A DNA stretch of 64,000 nt from an uncultured Gammaproteobacteria bacterium (GCA_963707765.1 CAVPQZ010000001.1:1346689-1410688); one strand, 5' to 3'. Shown: positions 28,135 through 37,131, counted from the first letter of the stretch. Notes: generated from the letters alone by a model not told the origin. Made by a program: numbers and translations.

Positions 28135-28157
28135 GGTATGCCAAGTGTAACATCGCC
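28135..28157 (-). repeat. right terminal inverted repeat of the IS1595-family element
   Basis: GGTATGCCAAGTGTAACATCGCC is the reverse complement of the left IR with one mismatch. Confidence 0.85.
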
Positions 28158-28175
28158 AGTGAGAGAGTATAGGGG

Positions 28176-28221
28176 CCAAGTTAAAATGTCCGCTTTGAGC
28201 CAAGTTCAAATGTCCGCTTTG
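28176..28221 (+). repeat. two 22-bp direct repeats (subterminal repeats upstream of the ISNCY transposase gene)
   Basis: CCAAGTTAAAATGTCCGCTTTG (28176-28197) and CCAAGTTCAAATGTCCGCTTTG (28200-28221) match at 21/22 positions. Confidence 0.8.
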
Positions 28222-28297
28222 GATGCTTTAACCCGCAGTCTCTGCTGTCCTTTTTGGGACTCGGAGATTGCCAATGCGCCACGCAGCCAGGGTGACG

Positions 28298-29890
28298 ATG
28301 AGCATGCGCGAACTAGATCGGCTCAAGTGCATACAGGCAGTCGTTGACGGACAACTATGTCCCGGCATCGCTGCCGAACGGCTAGGTATCTCGACCCGGC
28401 AGCTGCGCCGGATCGCGCAACGATATCGTGCTGAGGGCCCGACCGGGCTGATTTCCAAGCACTGTAGTCGCCCCAGCAACAACCGCCTGGATGCCAGCCT
28501 GGAGGCCCAAGTCGTGAAGATTCTGAGGGAGTCATACCCCGATTTTGGTCCAACATTGGCAGCTGAGAAGCTTCAGCAGCGTCACGGCATCACGGTCGCC
28601 AAGGAGACCCTGCGGCGCGTTCAGATGGATGCTGGATTGTGGATTCCACGCAAGCTTCGGCCGCCGAAGGTCCAGCAGCCGCGGGCGCGGCGTGCGTGCT
28701 TTGGCGAGCTGATTCAGATCGACGGCTGCGAGCACCATTGGCTCGAAGAACGTGCACCGATGTGCACTGCGCTTGTTTACGTCGATGATGCCACGAGCCG
28801 ACTGATGGTCGTTCGATTCGCCGGCAGCGAGTCCACATTCGGATACTTCGAGGCCACGCTCGAGTATCTGAGGCACTTCGGCAAACCGCTCGCGTTCTAC
28901 AGCGACAAGGCCAGCATTTTCCGCATCAACCAGCCAGGCGCCGTCACGGGACCCGGATACACGCAGTTCGGACGGGCGCTTTATGAGCTCAATATTGACG
29001 GGATTTGCGCTAATACCGCCGCAGCCAAGGGTCGCGTCGAACGGGCGCACTTGACGCTGCAGGACCGCCTGGTCAAAGAGCTGAGGCTCGAGGGCATCTC
29101 GAGCATCGAGGCCGCCAATGCCTTCATGCCGCGCTTTATCAACGAGTACAACAGGCGTTTTGCGAAGGAAGCCCGCAACAGCCACAACGCGCACCGCGCC
29201 GTCAGAGACGACGAAGATCTCGGTTCCATTTTCAGCTGGCGCGAGCTGCGCAAAGTGACCAAGGCGCTCACGCTTCACTATGAGCGCAAGCTCTATATCC
29301 TAGCGGACACAGCCATCAACCGAGGTCTCATCGGCAAGTACCTCGACGTATTTCAGTTTCCCGACGGTCGCATTGAGATTCGAGCAGCAGGGGTGTCACT
29401 GCCCTACTCCGTCTACGATAAATTGGGCGCCGTTGACCAAGGAGCGATCGTCGACAGCAAACGACTTGGCCACGTCCTGCAGATCTCTCAGGAAGTTCAG
29501 TCCAAGCGCGACAACCGAGCCGTGAACGTGCCCTCGACTGCTCATCGTGCAGACGGACAGATCGTTCCGCGTCACAAGCTGGCCGGTACCAAGACGCAAC
29601 GGGAACTGTCACCCGAAGATCTTGAGATTGCAGTTCAGTCCAAGGCCGAGATTGCGCAGCAACAGCGACGACTTCGAGAATCGGGATTGCCGGCCAAGGC
29701 CGGGAAGCACAGAGCTTCTAACGCTCTGGTCCAAAAACTGCGTCCGGGCGCGGTCCTCAGAATCACGTCGAACGGCAATCCGACTATCGGTCGTCGTAGC
29801 GTCTCGGGAATAAGATGCAAAAGGTCGTTCCCACGTTTTGGACCGATTGGATCTCGATCGTCGCATCAAACATTTCGCACAAGCGCTTGA
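28298..29890 (+). CDS. ISNCY-family (IS1202-group-like) transposase; the 3' end probably runs past the element into flanking DNA
   Basis: MSMRELDRLKCIQAVVDGQL..AAERLGISTRQLRRIAQRYRAEGPTGLISKHCSRPSNNRL, LIQIDGCEHHWLE, VYVDDATS, AFYSDKASIFR and KGRVERAHLTLQDRLVKELR. The last ~107 nt overlap the convergent kinase gene. Confidence 0.8.
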   Translation: MSMRELDRLKCIQAVVDGQLCPGIAAERLGISTRQLRRIAQRYRAEGPTGLISKHCSRPSNNRLDASLEAQVVKILRESYPDFGPTLAAEKLQQRHGITVAKETLRRVQMDAGLWIPRKLRPPKVQQPRARRACFGELIQIDGCEHHWLEERAPMCTALVYVDDATSRLMVVRFAGSESTFGYFEATLEYLRHFGKPLAFYSDKASIFRINQPGAVTGPGYTQFGRALYELNIDGICANTAAAKGRVERAHLTLQDRLVKELRLEGISSIEAANAFMPRFINEYNRRFAKEARNSHNAHRAVRDDEDLGSIFSWRELRKVTKALTLHYERKLYILADTAINRGLIGKYLDVFQFPDGRIEIRAAGVSLPYSVYDKLGAVDQGAIVDSKRLGHVLQISQEVQSKRDNRAVNVPSTAHRADGQIVPRHKLAGTKTQRELSPEDLEIAVQSKAEIAQQQRRLRESGLPAKAGKHRASNALVQKLRPGAVLRITSNGNPTIGRRSVSGIRCKRSFPRFGPIGSRSSHQTFRTSA

Positions 29891-31028
29891 CGATCGACAA
29901 ACCGATTCCTTCGCCCCGCTCCCATTGATTACCAATTTGCTCTTGGGAGGTTGCAACCGATTCTGGGTTCACAGTTGTGTCACCCTGTGGATTACCGTTT
30001 GCGCCGATTATGAATCCGGGCCCAGTATCCTTGATGCACAGACGCCACCGCTTTGAATCTTTGGGGTCGCTATCTCCCCAAGTCACGACAATTCCGCCCT
30101 CTCGCGTGTACTTGAGCGCATTGAGAATAAGATTCTGGACGATACGGCGAATCTTCACCGCATCGCCGTCTACAGCCAATGTCGGCAGCCCTTCACAGCG
30201 AAGGTAGAGTTGGCGCTCCTCGGCGATTGGGCGCAATCCGTCACACAACTGCCGAACGACGGCACCTGCGTCGAGGGGTTCAATAACCGCCCGCTCTTGC
30301 CCGGCTTCCAAACGCGCAAGGTTCGTCACATCGTCGATCAGATGATGGAAGGTTGTGAGGTTGCGCATCAAAATGCGAACGAACTCGCTGCGGGACGCCT
30401 CGTCACCATGCCGCCTCAGCCCAGCAGTGACATTGGCGACAACCCCCAGATTCCCGCGAAGATCATGCGCCGCTTGCCTCCATAATTCACCGCGCTGCCG
30501 CTCCAGCTCGGCAATGTCCTTCAGTGCTTGTTCAAGCTCCTTGACGTGCCCGGCGGCCTCTTCCTGCTGGAGCGCAAAATACTCGGCAACGCTCGCTTCG
30601 ATGTCTGTCCGGCAGAGCTTCGCCCATATGCGACGCGCCGCGGTCATCGCAGTATGCGATAGGCCGGGAGCGAGGGTCGCAAACCGGTCCAATTCAGCCA
30701 CCACGCATTCATTCAGTATGCCAAGCTCGCGCGCGACCTCCCGCAAATCATAACCTTGCTTCCACCGCTCCAAGCCGTGGGCAGCGCCGGTCCGATGTTC
30801 CTCTCCTTGATCGATCGCTTCACTGGCGGCCGCCAACCGACGCAGCGCTTGCTCGAAGGTCGTCAATAATCGCGGGATATGATCGAGCAACTGTCCCTTG
30901 GGCAGAGAATGCCCAGGGGCCAGCAGGGGATCTGTTCTTATGGTGCTTTCCCACGCCTGTAACAGCGCTTCGCGCTGCTCCGTGAGGTGATCCGCGAGGC
31001 GGGCTAGCTCTGGATGGCCGTGTAGCAC
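29784..31028 (-). CDS. cytoplasmic sensor histidine kinase (HisKA + HATPase_c), no receiver domain
   Basis: H-box (LWRQAAHDLRGNLGVVANV), N-box (IVQNLILNALKYT), G-boxes (IKDTGPGF, GEGIGLSIVKRL). There is no TM segment. Confidence 0.9.
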   Translation of the reverse strand: MLHGHPELARLADHLTEQREALLQAWESTIRTDPLLAPGHSLPKGQLLDHIPRLLTTFEQALRRLAAASEAIDQGEEHRTGAAHGLERWKQGYDLREVARELGILNECVVAELDRFATLAPGLSHTAMTAARRIWAKLCRTDIEASVAEYFALQQEEAAGHVKELEQALKDIAELERQRGELWRQAAHDLRGNLGVVANVTAGLRRHGDEASRSEFVRILMRNLTTFHHLIDDVTNLARLEAGQERAVIEPLDAGAVVRQLCDGLRPIAEERQLYLRCEGLPTLAVDGDAVKIRRIVQNLILNALKYTREGGIVVTWGDSDPKDSKRWRLCIKDTGPGFIIGANGNPQGDTTVNPESVATSQEQIGNQWERGEGIGLSIVKRLCEMFDATIEIQSVQNVGTTFCILFPRRYDDR

Positions 31029-31040
31029 TTGGCTATCCCA

Positions 31041-32660
31041 TCAAGTGGGCTTTTGTTGAATATTGGCCGTCTGCGACTCCGTATATGCCGGTAAAGGCTG
31101 TCCGGCGGTCGCGCGAGCGCGCAAAGCCGTGAAAAGCAACTCGATCATCGAAATATCGACCGGCTTGGTGAGGTGCTCATCGAATCCCGCAGCTGTGGAT
31201 CGCCGCCGGTCCTCCTCGCTCCCCCAGCCGGTAATGGCCACCAAAAAAGTGGTGCGTTCAGGTCCTGGCAGCGATCGAATCGCACGGGCCACGTCATAGC
31301 CGTTCATTCCAGGCAGGCCGATATCGAGCAGCACGATGTCGGGCTTGAACTCCGGCAGCTTACCCAGAACCTCGAGGCCATTGTTCGCGATCGCGGTCGA
31401 GTGACCTTCATATTTGAGCAACAGGCTCAGGCTTTCGGCCGCATCCACATTGTCGTCCACGATGAGGGCACGAATGGCGCGTCTCGTATCAGAATTCGGA
31501 TGCGATGCTAACCGGCTCAAATCACCTGTCGCTGGCTCGGCGAGCGGTAGTTTAACGAGAAAGTGGCTGCCGTGGCCGAGTCCCTCGCTCGTAGCAATGA
31601 GAGTGCCGTCATGCAATTCGACCAAGCGCCGCGCCAGATTCAAACCAATACCCAGTCCCGCGCAGCTGCCGTCCGCAGTGCGGCCTACGGCCGTGAACAT
31701 CTCGAAGATCTGGTCAATTGCTTCCGGGCCGATGCCAATACCGCGATCGGCAATGTCCACTTGGACATGTTCTCCGTCGCTCACAGTGCGCAGGGTGATC
31801 GGGTCACCGGCGGCGGAGTACTGCGAAGCATTGGTCAAAAGGTTGGTGAACACTTGAGTGAGCCGGGTTCCGTCCGCATGAAGAAACAAAGGCTCATTCG
31901 GCATGTCGGCAGTGAGTGGATTCTTCGCTGCGGTCATCAACGCGGCGCTCGCTTCGATGGCGTTCGACAGAATTTCCTGGAGTGCGATGCGCTCCTTTTT
32001 GAGCGCGATCTTGCCGCTGGTGAGACGCGCGATATCCATCAAATCGTTCACCAAATGAACGAGGTGGCCGAGTTGGCGTTCCATCATTTCGCGCAATTGG
32101 GTCATCGATTCGTCGGCCGCGCCGGCTTTGCGCATGAGTTGCAAAGCGCTGCGAATAGGAGCCAATGGGTTTCGCAGTTCATGCGAGAGAACCGCGATGA
32201 ATTCACTTCGACGTCGCTCCGCCTCCGAGTTTTCCGCCCGTAATCTTATAATCTCATCCTCATATCGCTGTCGCTCCGAGTCATCGGCAAACGCCACCAC
32301 CGCGCCGCCGTTCGGCGATGATTTGGAGATGATAGGTACGACGGAATAGGACACGGGAAGTGTGTACCCGCTCGCATGCCAGAAAAACCCTTTGAGCGAT
32401 GGTTGAGGCTCGCGTATTTGAAGCGCCTGGCAAAGTGGGCACTGCGCGGACGATGGTCTTCGTCCATCGGCGAGAGGCGGGTGAAGGGTCTCATGCAGGG
32501 TTTTGCCGATTAAGTCGTCCGCGCTATATCCGAGGAGATGAGCGCCGCGCGTAGTGATATAGGTGCAGCACCCGGCGGCATCCACCTCACAAACACCGTC
32601 GCGCGAGGCTTCAAGCATCTGGCGACCCCGCTCTGTCAGCTGATCGCGATGGCTTGCCAT
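31041..32660 (-). CDS. hybrid sensor histidine kinase/response regulator (PAS-HisKA-HATPase-REC)
   Basis: H-box (FIAVLSHELRNPLAPI), HATPase (DRGIGIGPE, GLGIGLNLARRL), REC (ALIVDDNVD..DIVLLDIGLPGMNGYDV..ITGWG). The start chosen is ATG 32660 (GGAGAGG upstream); the alternative is 32753. Confidence 0.85.
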   Translation of the reverse strand: MASHRDQLTERGRQMLEASRDGVCEVDAAGCCTYITTRGAHLLGYSADDLIGKTLHETLHPPLADGRRPSSAQCPLCQALQIREPQPSLKGFFWHASGYTLPVSYSVVPIISKSSPNGGAVVAFADDSERQRYEDEIIRLRAENSEAERRRSEFIAVLSHELRNPLAPIRSALQLMRKAGAADESMTQLREMMERQLGHLVHLVNDLMDIARLTSGKIALKKERIALQEILSNAIEASAALMTAAKNPLTADMPNEPLFLHADGTRLTQVFTNLLTNASQYSAAGDPITLRTVSDGEHVQVDIADRGIGIGPEAIDQIFEMFTAVGRTADGSCAGLGIGLNLARRLVELHDGTLIATSEGLGHGSHFLVKLPLAEPATGDLSRLASHPNSDTRRAIRALIVDDNVDAAESLSLLLKYEGHSTAIANNGLEVLGKLPEFKPDIVLLDIGLPGMNGYDVARAIRSLPGPERTTFLVAITGWGSEEDRRRSTAAGFDEHLTKPVDISMIELLFTALRARATAGQPLPAYTESQTANIQQKPT

Positions 32661-33009
32661 AGTGACGACAACCTCTCCCTTGCCATTGACTGGTCGTGGA
32701 TACGAGCGCACCACCGTTGGTGGCATCGGTGGGAGAGCATGTCTTATATACAAACAAAGGGATGCCTACAGGTACTCCCTAAAGATTGATCGTTCTCGTA
32801 GGCAAAGGACTACGCGACCCGCATGGGCGGATTACCGACGGAAGGACTCGCAATTGAGGCGCGCCGGCTCGGTTCCCTTACGCGGGGACCGGGCTGTAGA
32901 CCCGGCTGCAGTGTCTTCTTTCACCACGCATTGCGACGTCGATCGATACCCCTTTACAATATCCGCCGCGGACGTCGTGCCGGCGACGCTGGATCTTAGG
33001 AGCGGATCA

Positions 33010-34512
33010 ATGCTTACGGCGCCACCCAATCTCGCCCGCAGCGTCCTCGATGCCGCCCCGGATGCGATGCTCGTCATCGATGGCTCGGGTATCGTTAGAT
33101 TTGCCAATCGGCAGGTCTCCGCGCTGTTCGGCTATTTGCACGACGAAATCGTCGGCCGCAATGTCGAAATTCTGATGCCGGAGCGATTTCATGCCCGTCA
33201 TGTTGCACATCGCGAGCACTACCAAAGCACGGTGCGGGTGCGTCCCATGGGGGTGGGACTCGATCTGTTTGGGCGCCGGAAAGACGGCACGGAATTTCCA
33301 GTCGAGATCAGTTTGAGCCCCGTCGATGACGGCGAGCGGACGCTGGTCGCCGCCGCCATTCGCGACGTGACCGATCGAAAGCGGGTCGAAGCCGAATTGA
33401 TCGTGGCGCGCGAGACCGCCGATCGCGCCAATCTGGGCAAAAGTCGCTTTCTCGCCACGGCCAGCCATGATCTGCGGCAGCCGCTACAGACCCTCGAATT
33501 GCTCAATGGCGCCTTGCGTCGGCGCGTGACCGATTGCGGCGCCGTCGAGGCGCTGTCGCAACAAGCCCAGGCGATTGGAGCGATGTCCAGGCTGATGAAT
33601 GCCCTCCTCGACATCAGCAAGCTGGAATCTGGAGCGATTCGACCGGAGCCCACCGATTTCAAGGTGGCCGCCATTTTTGAGGAGATGCGAATGGAATTCG
33701 CGAGCTTGGCGGCCGACAAGGGCCTCAAGTTTGAAATCGAGGCCTGCGAGGATGCCGTGCACAGCGACCCGTCGCTGGTGGAGCAGATTCTGCGGAATCT
33801 GATTTCTAATGCACTCAAGTACACGCGCGTAGGCTGCGTTCGGTTGCGCTGCATGCACGAGGCGGCGCTGGTTCGCATCGAGGTGTTGGATACGGGCGTC
33901 GGGATTCCGGCCGATCAACTTTCCTATATTTACGATGAGTTCTATCAGGTCGGGGTTCCCGCCAACAGTTCGCGCGATGGCTACGGCCTCGGACTCGCCA
34001 TTGTGCAGCGGCTCGTGAACCTGCTCACCCTCCGACTGGACGTGCGTTCCGAAGTCGGAAGAGGTTCGGCATTCTCGTTGGTCTTGCCGGCAGGAGGCGG
34101 CGACGGCAATGCGCCGCCCCCCGTGCCGTCGGGATTGCCGGTTGACGCTCAGCAGGTTATGTGCGAAGCGCGGATACTGGTGGTGGAAGACAACGCGTCC
34201 GTCCGAAGGGCAACCTGCATGCTGCTCGAGCTGGAGGGTTACCACGTCACTGCGGTCTCCTCGCTGTCTGAAGCGCTGCGGCACATCCACCAGGGCCACG
34301 GGGTTGATCTGCTGATCACGGACTATCATTTGGACGGCGGCGAAACCGGCACGCAAGTCATAACAGCGCTGCGCGATCTACTGGGTCATTCGTTCAAAGC
34401 CGTCCTCGCTACGGGCGACACCTCCACCGCAATCAAACAGCTGCCCCTTGATCCCTACCTCCGTATCACCAGCAAGCCGATCCGGGCGGACGAGTTGTTG
34501 GCGTTGCTTTGA
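33010..34512 (+). CDS. hybrid sensor histidine kinase/response regulator (PAS-HisKA-HATPase-REC)
   Basis: PAS (VLDAAPDAMLVIDGSGIVRFANRQ..RKDGTEFPVEISLSP), H-box (FLATASHDLRQPLQTL), HATPase (LDTGVGIP, GYGLGLAIVQRL), REC (ILVVEDNASV..DLLITDYHLDGG). The longer upstream ORF (32662) overlaps the divergent gene. Confidence 0.85.
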   Translation: MLTAPPNLARSVLDAAPDAMLVIDGSGIVRFANRQVSALFGYLHDEIVGRNVEILMPERFHARHVAHREHYQSTVRVRPMGVGLDLFGRRKDGTEFPVEISLSPVDDGERTLVAAAIRDVTDRKRVEAELIVARETADRANLGKSRFLATASHDLRQPLQTLELLNGALRRRVTDCGAVEALSQQAQAIGAMSRLMNALLDISKLESGAIRPEPTDFKVAAIFEEMRMEFASLAADKGLKFEIEACEDAVHSDPSLVEQILRNLISNALKYTRVGCVRLRCMHEAALVRIEVLDTGVGIPADQLSYIYDEFYQVGVPANSSRDGYGLGLAIVQRLVNLLTLRLDVRSEVGRGSAFSLVLPAGGGDGNAPPPVPSGLPVDAQQVMCEARILVVEDNASVRRATCMLLELEGYHVTAVSSLSEALRHIHQGHGVDLLITDYHLDGGETGTQVITALRDLLGHSFKAVLATGDTSTAIKQLPLDPYLRITSKPIRADELLALL

Positions 34513-34640
34513 GGGTTGCTCACCGGCTGACCGCGGGGCCGCCCGCCACCTTTGACCTTATCCGGGGAATTTGATATTAATCAGAAATCAACTTGGGCCG
34601 GCAAGTTTGCGGCGCACACCACCGTTCGACTGGGGAAATC

Positions 34641-35996
34641 ATGAGCGCCAACAAACGCCGGTTGTCCGACCATCCCGAAGCCGTATTGACTTGCGCGCTG
34701 CTGGCAAGCGCCGCGCCGGCAAGCCCGGCGGCAGCGGCCGCCTCACCCGTTATCATGAATGGGGGTGGGAGTACCTTGGGCAGCGAGGTCTTGGCTGGGT
34801 CCGGGGGCGAGTTTGCCTTGTTCAATGCACCCACCACCGACAAGGCGGTGTTCGGCACCTTCTGGGCTGCCGGAGGCGGCACGTCCCAAAAGGCGTTCAT
34901 TTACGATGACCTCACCTGCGACAGCGGCGCGGGAGCGTGTTCGGGTCCGGACGGCGGTTCGGGCAACACCGTCGATTACGCGGCGCCCGAGGACCCGCTG
35001 AACGCCTCCCAGATTTCAAGCTGGGCCACGAGTTCCTTCGGCCAAGCTAGCGCGGGGAACCTGATCCAGATTCCCGCCTTCGGCATCGCGCCCGCCATCG
35101 TCGTGAACGACGACGGCCTCACTGAAAACGGCCAGGTGGAACTCACCGACAACGACTTGTGCGGCATCTACTCGGGGCTCATCACCGATTTCAGTCAGAT
35201 CACCGACGTGAGTCCAGCGCCGGCCCCGGGTCAGTTCCAGTTGGTCTATCGCAGCGACGCCAACGGCTTGACCTCCCTGCTCACCAATCACCTGAGCGCC
35301 GTCTGCAATGTCTCAAACACTCAAGCCGGCGTTACTTTTACTGCGACCACAACCTTCGCCAGCTTGTTTCCGGGCGGGATCAATACCTACATACCGAATG
35401 CGGTCGGCGAAACCGGGGATGCTGGGGCGGCGAGTTACCTGTCGGGCCTCTCCGGGGAGGTTCCGTACGCAGTTGGCTACGTCTCGCCGGGTTGGACATC
35501 GCTGTATCCGGATGCGCAGACCGAACTGTCCAACGGCGCGCACAGCGCGCTCGGGGTGGCCGCCCTGAAAAATGGCAAGAATTTCTTCCAGCCGACCAAC
35601 GCCAACGTCGCCAAGGGGCTGCTCAACCCCGTATCCGGGTACGTCGAAAATTCGGCGCCTCCGATGAATGCGCCCGAAGGTGCCAATCCGGCTGGGTGGA
35701 TTCCCGTCATGGGGAAGGTCAAAACGGGCTATCCGATCGTCGGGTATACGGAATTCGTGGTGGCTCAGTGCTACCAGAGTGCTGCCGTGGGCAAGGGCGT
35801 GGTTTCGTTCCTGAAGGACCACTACAGCAAGGCGGCCTACCAGGCGGTCCAGAACGCCAATGGATTCGTGACGATGAAGCAGGTCACGGCCAACGCATTC
35901 CTCACGGCCATCGAGGACAATATCCTTGCCAACGACAATTTGTGGAATACGAATATACAAGACCCCACGGTTTGCGCGGGCTTGACGGGGCGCTGA
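34641..35996 (+). CDS. secreted PstS-like (PBP type 2) substrate-binding-fold protein, atypical
   Basis: Signal peptide, then NGGGSTLGS, VDYAAPEDPLN, LIQIPAFGIAPAIVVN, LTDNDLCGIYSGLITDFSQI and VYRSDANGLTSLLTNHLS, which follow the PstS block order. The RxDGSGTT phosphate-binding motif reads RSDANGLT. Confidence 0.6.
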   Translation: MSANKRRLSDHPEAVLTCALLASAAPASPAAAAASPVIMNGGGSTLGSEVLAGSGGEFALFNAPTTDKAVFGTFWAAGGGTSQKAFIYDDLTCDSGAGACSGPDGGSGNTVDYAAPEDPLNASQISSWATSSFGQASAGNLIQIPAFGIAPAIVVNDDGLTENGQVELTDNDLCGIYSGLITDFSQITDVSPAPAPGQFQLVYRSDANGLTSLLTNHLSAVCNVSNTQAGVTFTATTTFASLFPGGINTYIPNAVGETGDAGAASYLSGLSGEVPYAVGYVSPGWTSLYPDAQTELSNGAHSALGVAALKNGKNFFQPTNANVAKGLLNPVSGYVENSAPPMNAPEGANPAGWIPVMGKVKTGYPIVGYTEFVVAQCYQSAAVGKGVVSFLKDHYSKAAYQAVQNANGFVTMKQVTANAFLTAIEDNILANDNLWNTNIQDPTVCAGLTGR

Positions 35997-36021
35997 AGCG
36001 GCTGCGGATAAGCGCCGGCGC

Positions 36022-37131
36022 GTGAAATTACGGCTCATCGGCCAGCGCAATCACCTGGGTCCGGGCACGCATTTCGCCCACTTCGTCGACGCCCTCAAGA
36101 AGTTCTACTTTTTCGACACGCTAATCGAGGAGGTCGACGCGTTCAACGTAGCCGAACTCACCGCGGCCGCCCGATCGAGCACGGATTCGGATGTCAACAT
36201 CTGGTTCTGCATCGACTCGCGGATCCGGCACCTGAAGGGCAGGCACATCGTTTGGGCGATCTTCGAAGTCGAGAAGCTCCCGGCACGCTTCGTCGAATTT
36301 CTTCGTGCCCACGCGGACCTCGTATGGGTGCCAAGCCGCTGGGGATGCGGCATTCTCGAAGCGAACGGGATCGATCGTGCGATCATCGATGTCATTCCGG
36401 AGGGCGTGGCGGCCGAGACATTTCATCCCTACCTGCGCGGCGCGCTCAATCGGTCCGGCCAGCCGTTCCGATTCTTGATGCTGGGCAAGTACGAGGAACG
36501 CAAGTCGTATCCTGAGGTTTTGGACGCGTTCAAACAGGCCTTCGGAAACTCCGCGGGCGTCGAACTCGTCGTCAAGGCGGATTATTTCCTGGATTCCGAG
36601 ACCAAGAAAAAAGCGCTCGAGCAGCGGATCACGGCGCTCGGTCTGCGCAACGTCAGGCCTCAGTGGGGCAATTGGGCAAAGGAGCACGTGGCTGCCCTGT
36701 ACAACTGCTGCGACGCATTCATCCTTCCGTCACGCGCGGAAGGTTGGGGGCTGCCGCTCCTCGAGGCCGCTGCGTCTGGAATGCCGGTCATCAGCACCTA
36801 CTACAGCGGGCACACCGAATTTCTGGCGCTGACCGGGAGTTCCTTGCTAAAGGTGGATTTCACGCTGGAGCCGATCCGCGACCTCGAAATGCACCGGGCA
36901 TGGCCTTCTCCGGACGGCGACATCGGCCGCTGGGCCAAGCCGTCGATTGCCGGTCTGACTCGGTGCTTGATCGAGATGAAAGACCATTATTCGGACTATC
37001 TGGCCGAGGCGCGCAAGAACAGCATCACGATGCGTGAGCGGTTCAGCTGGGGCGCCGCCGCCGACCGGGCGCTGCAGGTGCTCGATCGGCGCAACTTGCT
37101 CAGGCTCGATTATGTCGTCAAATTCGATTAG
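36022..37131 (+). CDS. glycosyltransferase family 4 (GT-B, GT1/GT4-type)
   Basis: FRFLMLGKYEERKSYPEVLDAF..CDAFILPSRAEGWGLPLLEAAASGMPVISTYYSGHTEF (E-x7-E region). GTG start. Confidence 0.8.
   Translation: MKLRLIGQRNHLGPGTHFAHFVDALKKFYFFDTLIEEVDAFNVAELTAAARSSTDSDVNIWFCIDSRIRHLKGRHIVWAIFEVEKLPARFVEFLRAHADLVWVPSRWGCGILEANGIDRAIIDVIPEGVAAETFHPYLRGALNRSGQPFRFLMLGKYEERKSYPEVLDAFKQAFGNSAGVELVVKADYFLDSETKKKALEQRITALGLRNVRPQWGNWAKEHVAALYNCCDAFILPSRAEGWGLPLLEAAASGMPVISTYYSGHTEFLALTGSSLLKVDFTLEPIRDLEMHRAWPSPDGDIGRWAKPSIAGLTRCLIEMKDHYSDYLAEARKNSITMRERFSWGAAADRALQVLDRRNLLRLDYVVKFD

Larger units (their letters stand above)
25221..28157 (+). mobile_element. IS1595-family element carrying passenger genes (2,937 bp)
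   Basis: 23-bp terminal IRs (22/23 match) and a perfect 8-bp direct repeat, AGTGAGAG, immediately outside both ends (25213-25220 and 28158-28165). Contents are the transposase plus three cargo ORFs in AT-richer DNA. Confidence 0.85.

Noticed and set aside
32662-33009. The upstream 116 codons of the 616-aa ORF for the second hybrid kinase.
   Set aside because: They overlap the divergent kinase's 5' end and are Arg/Pro-rich. The PAS domain begins right after the internal ATG at 33010.
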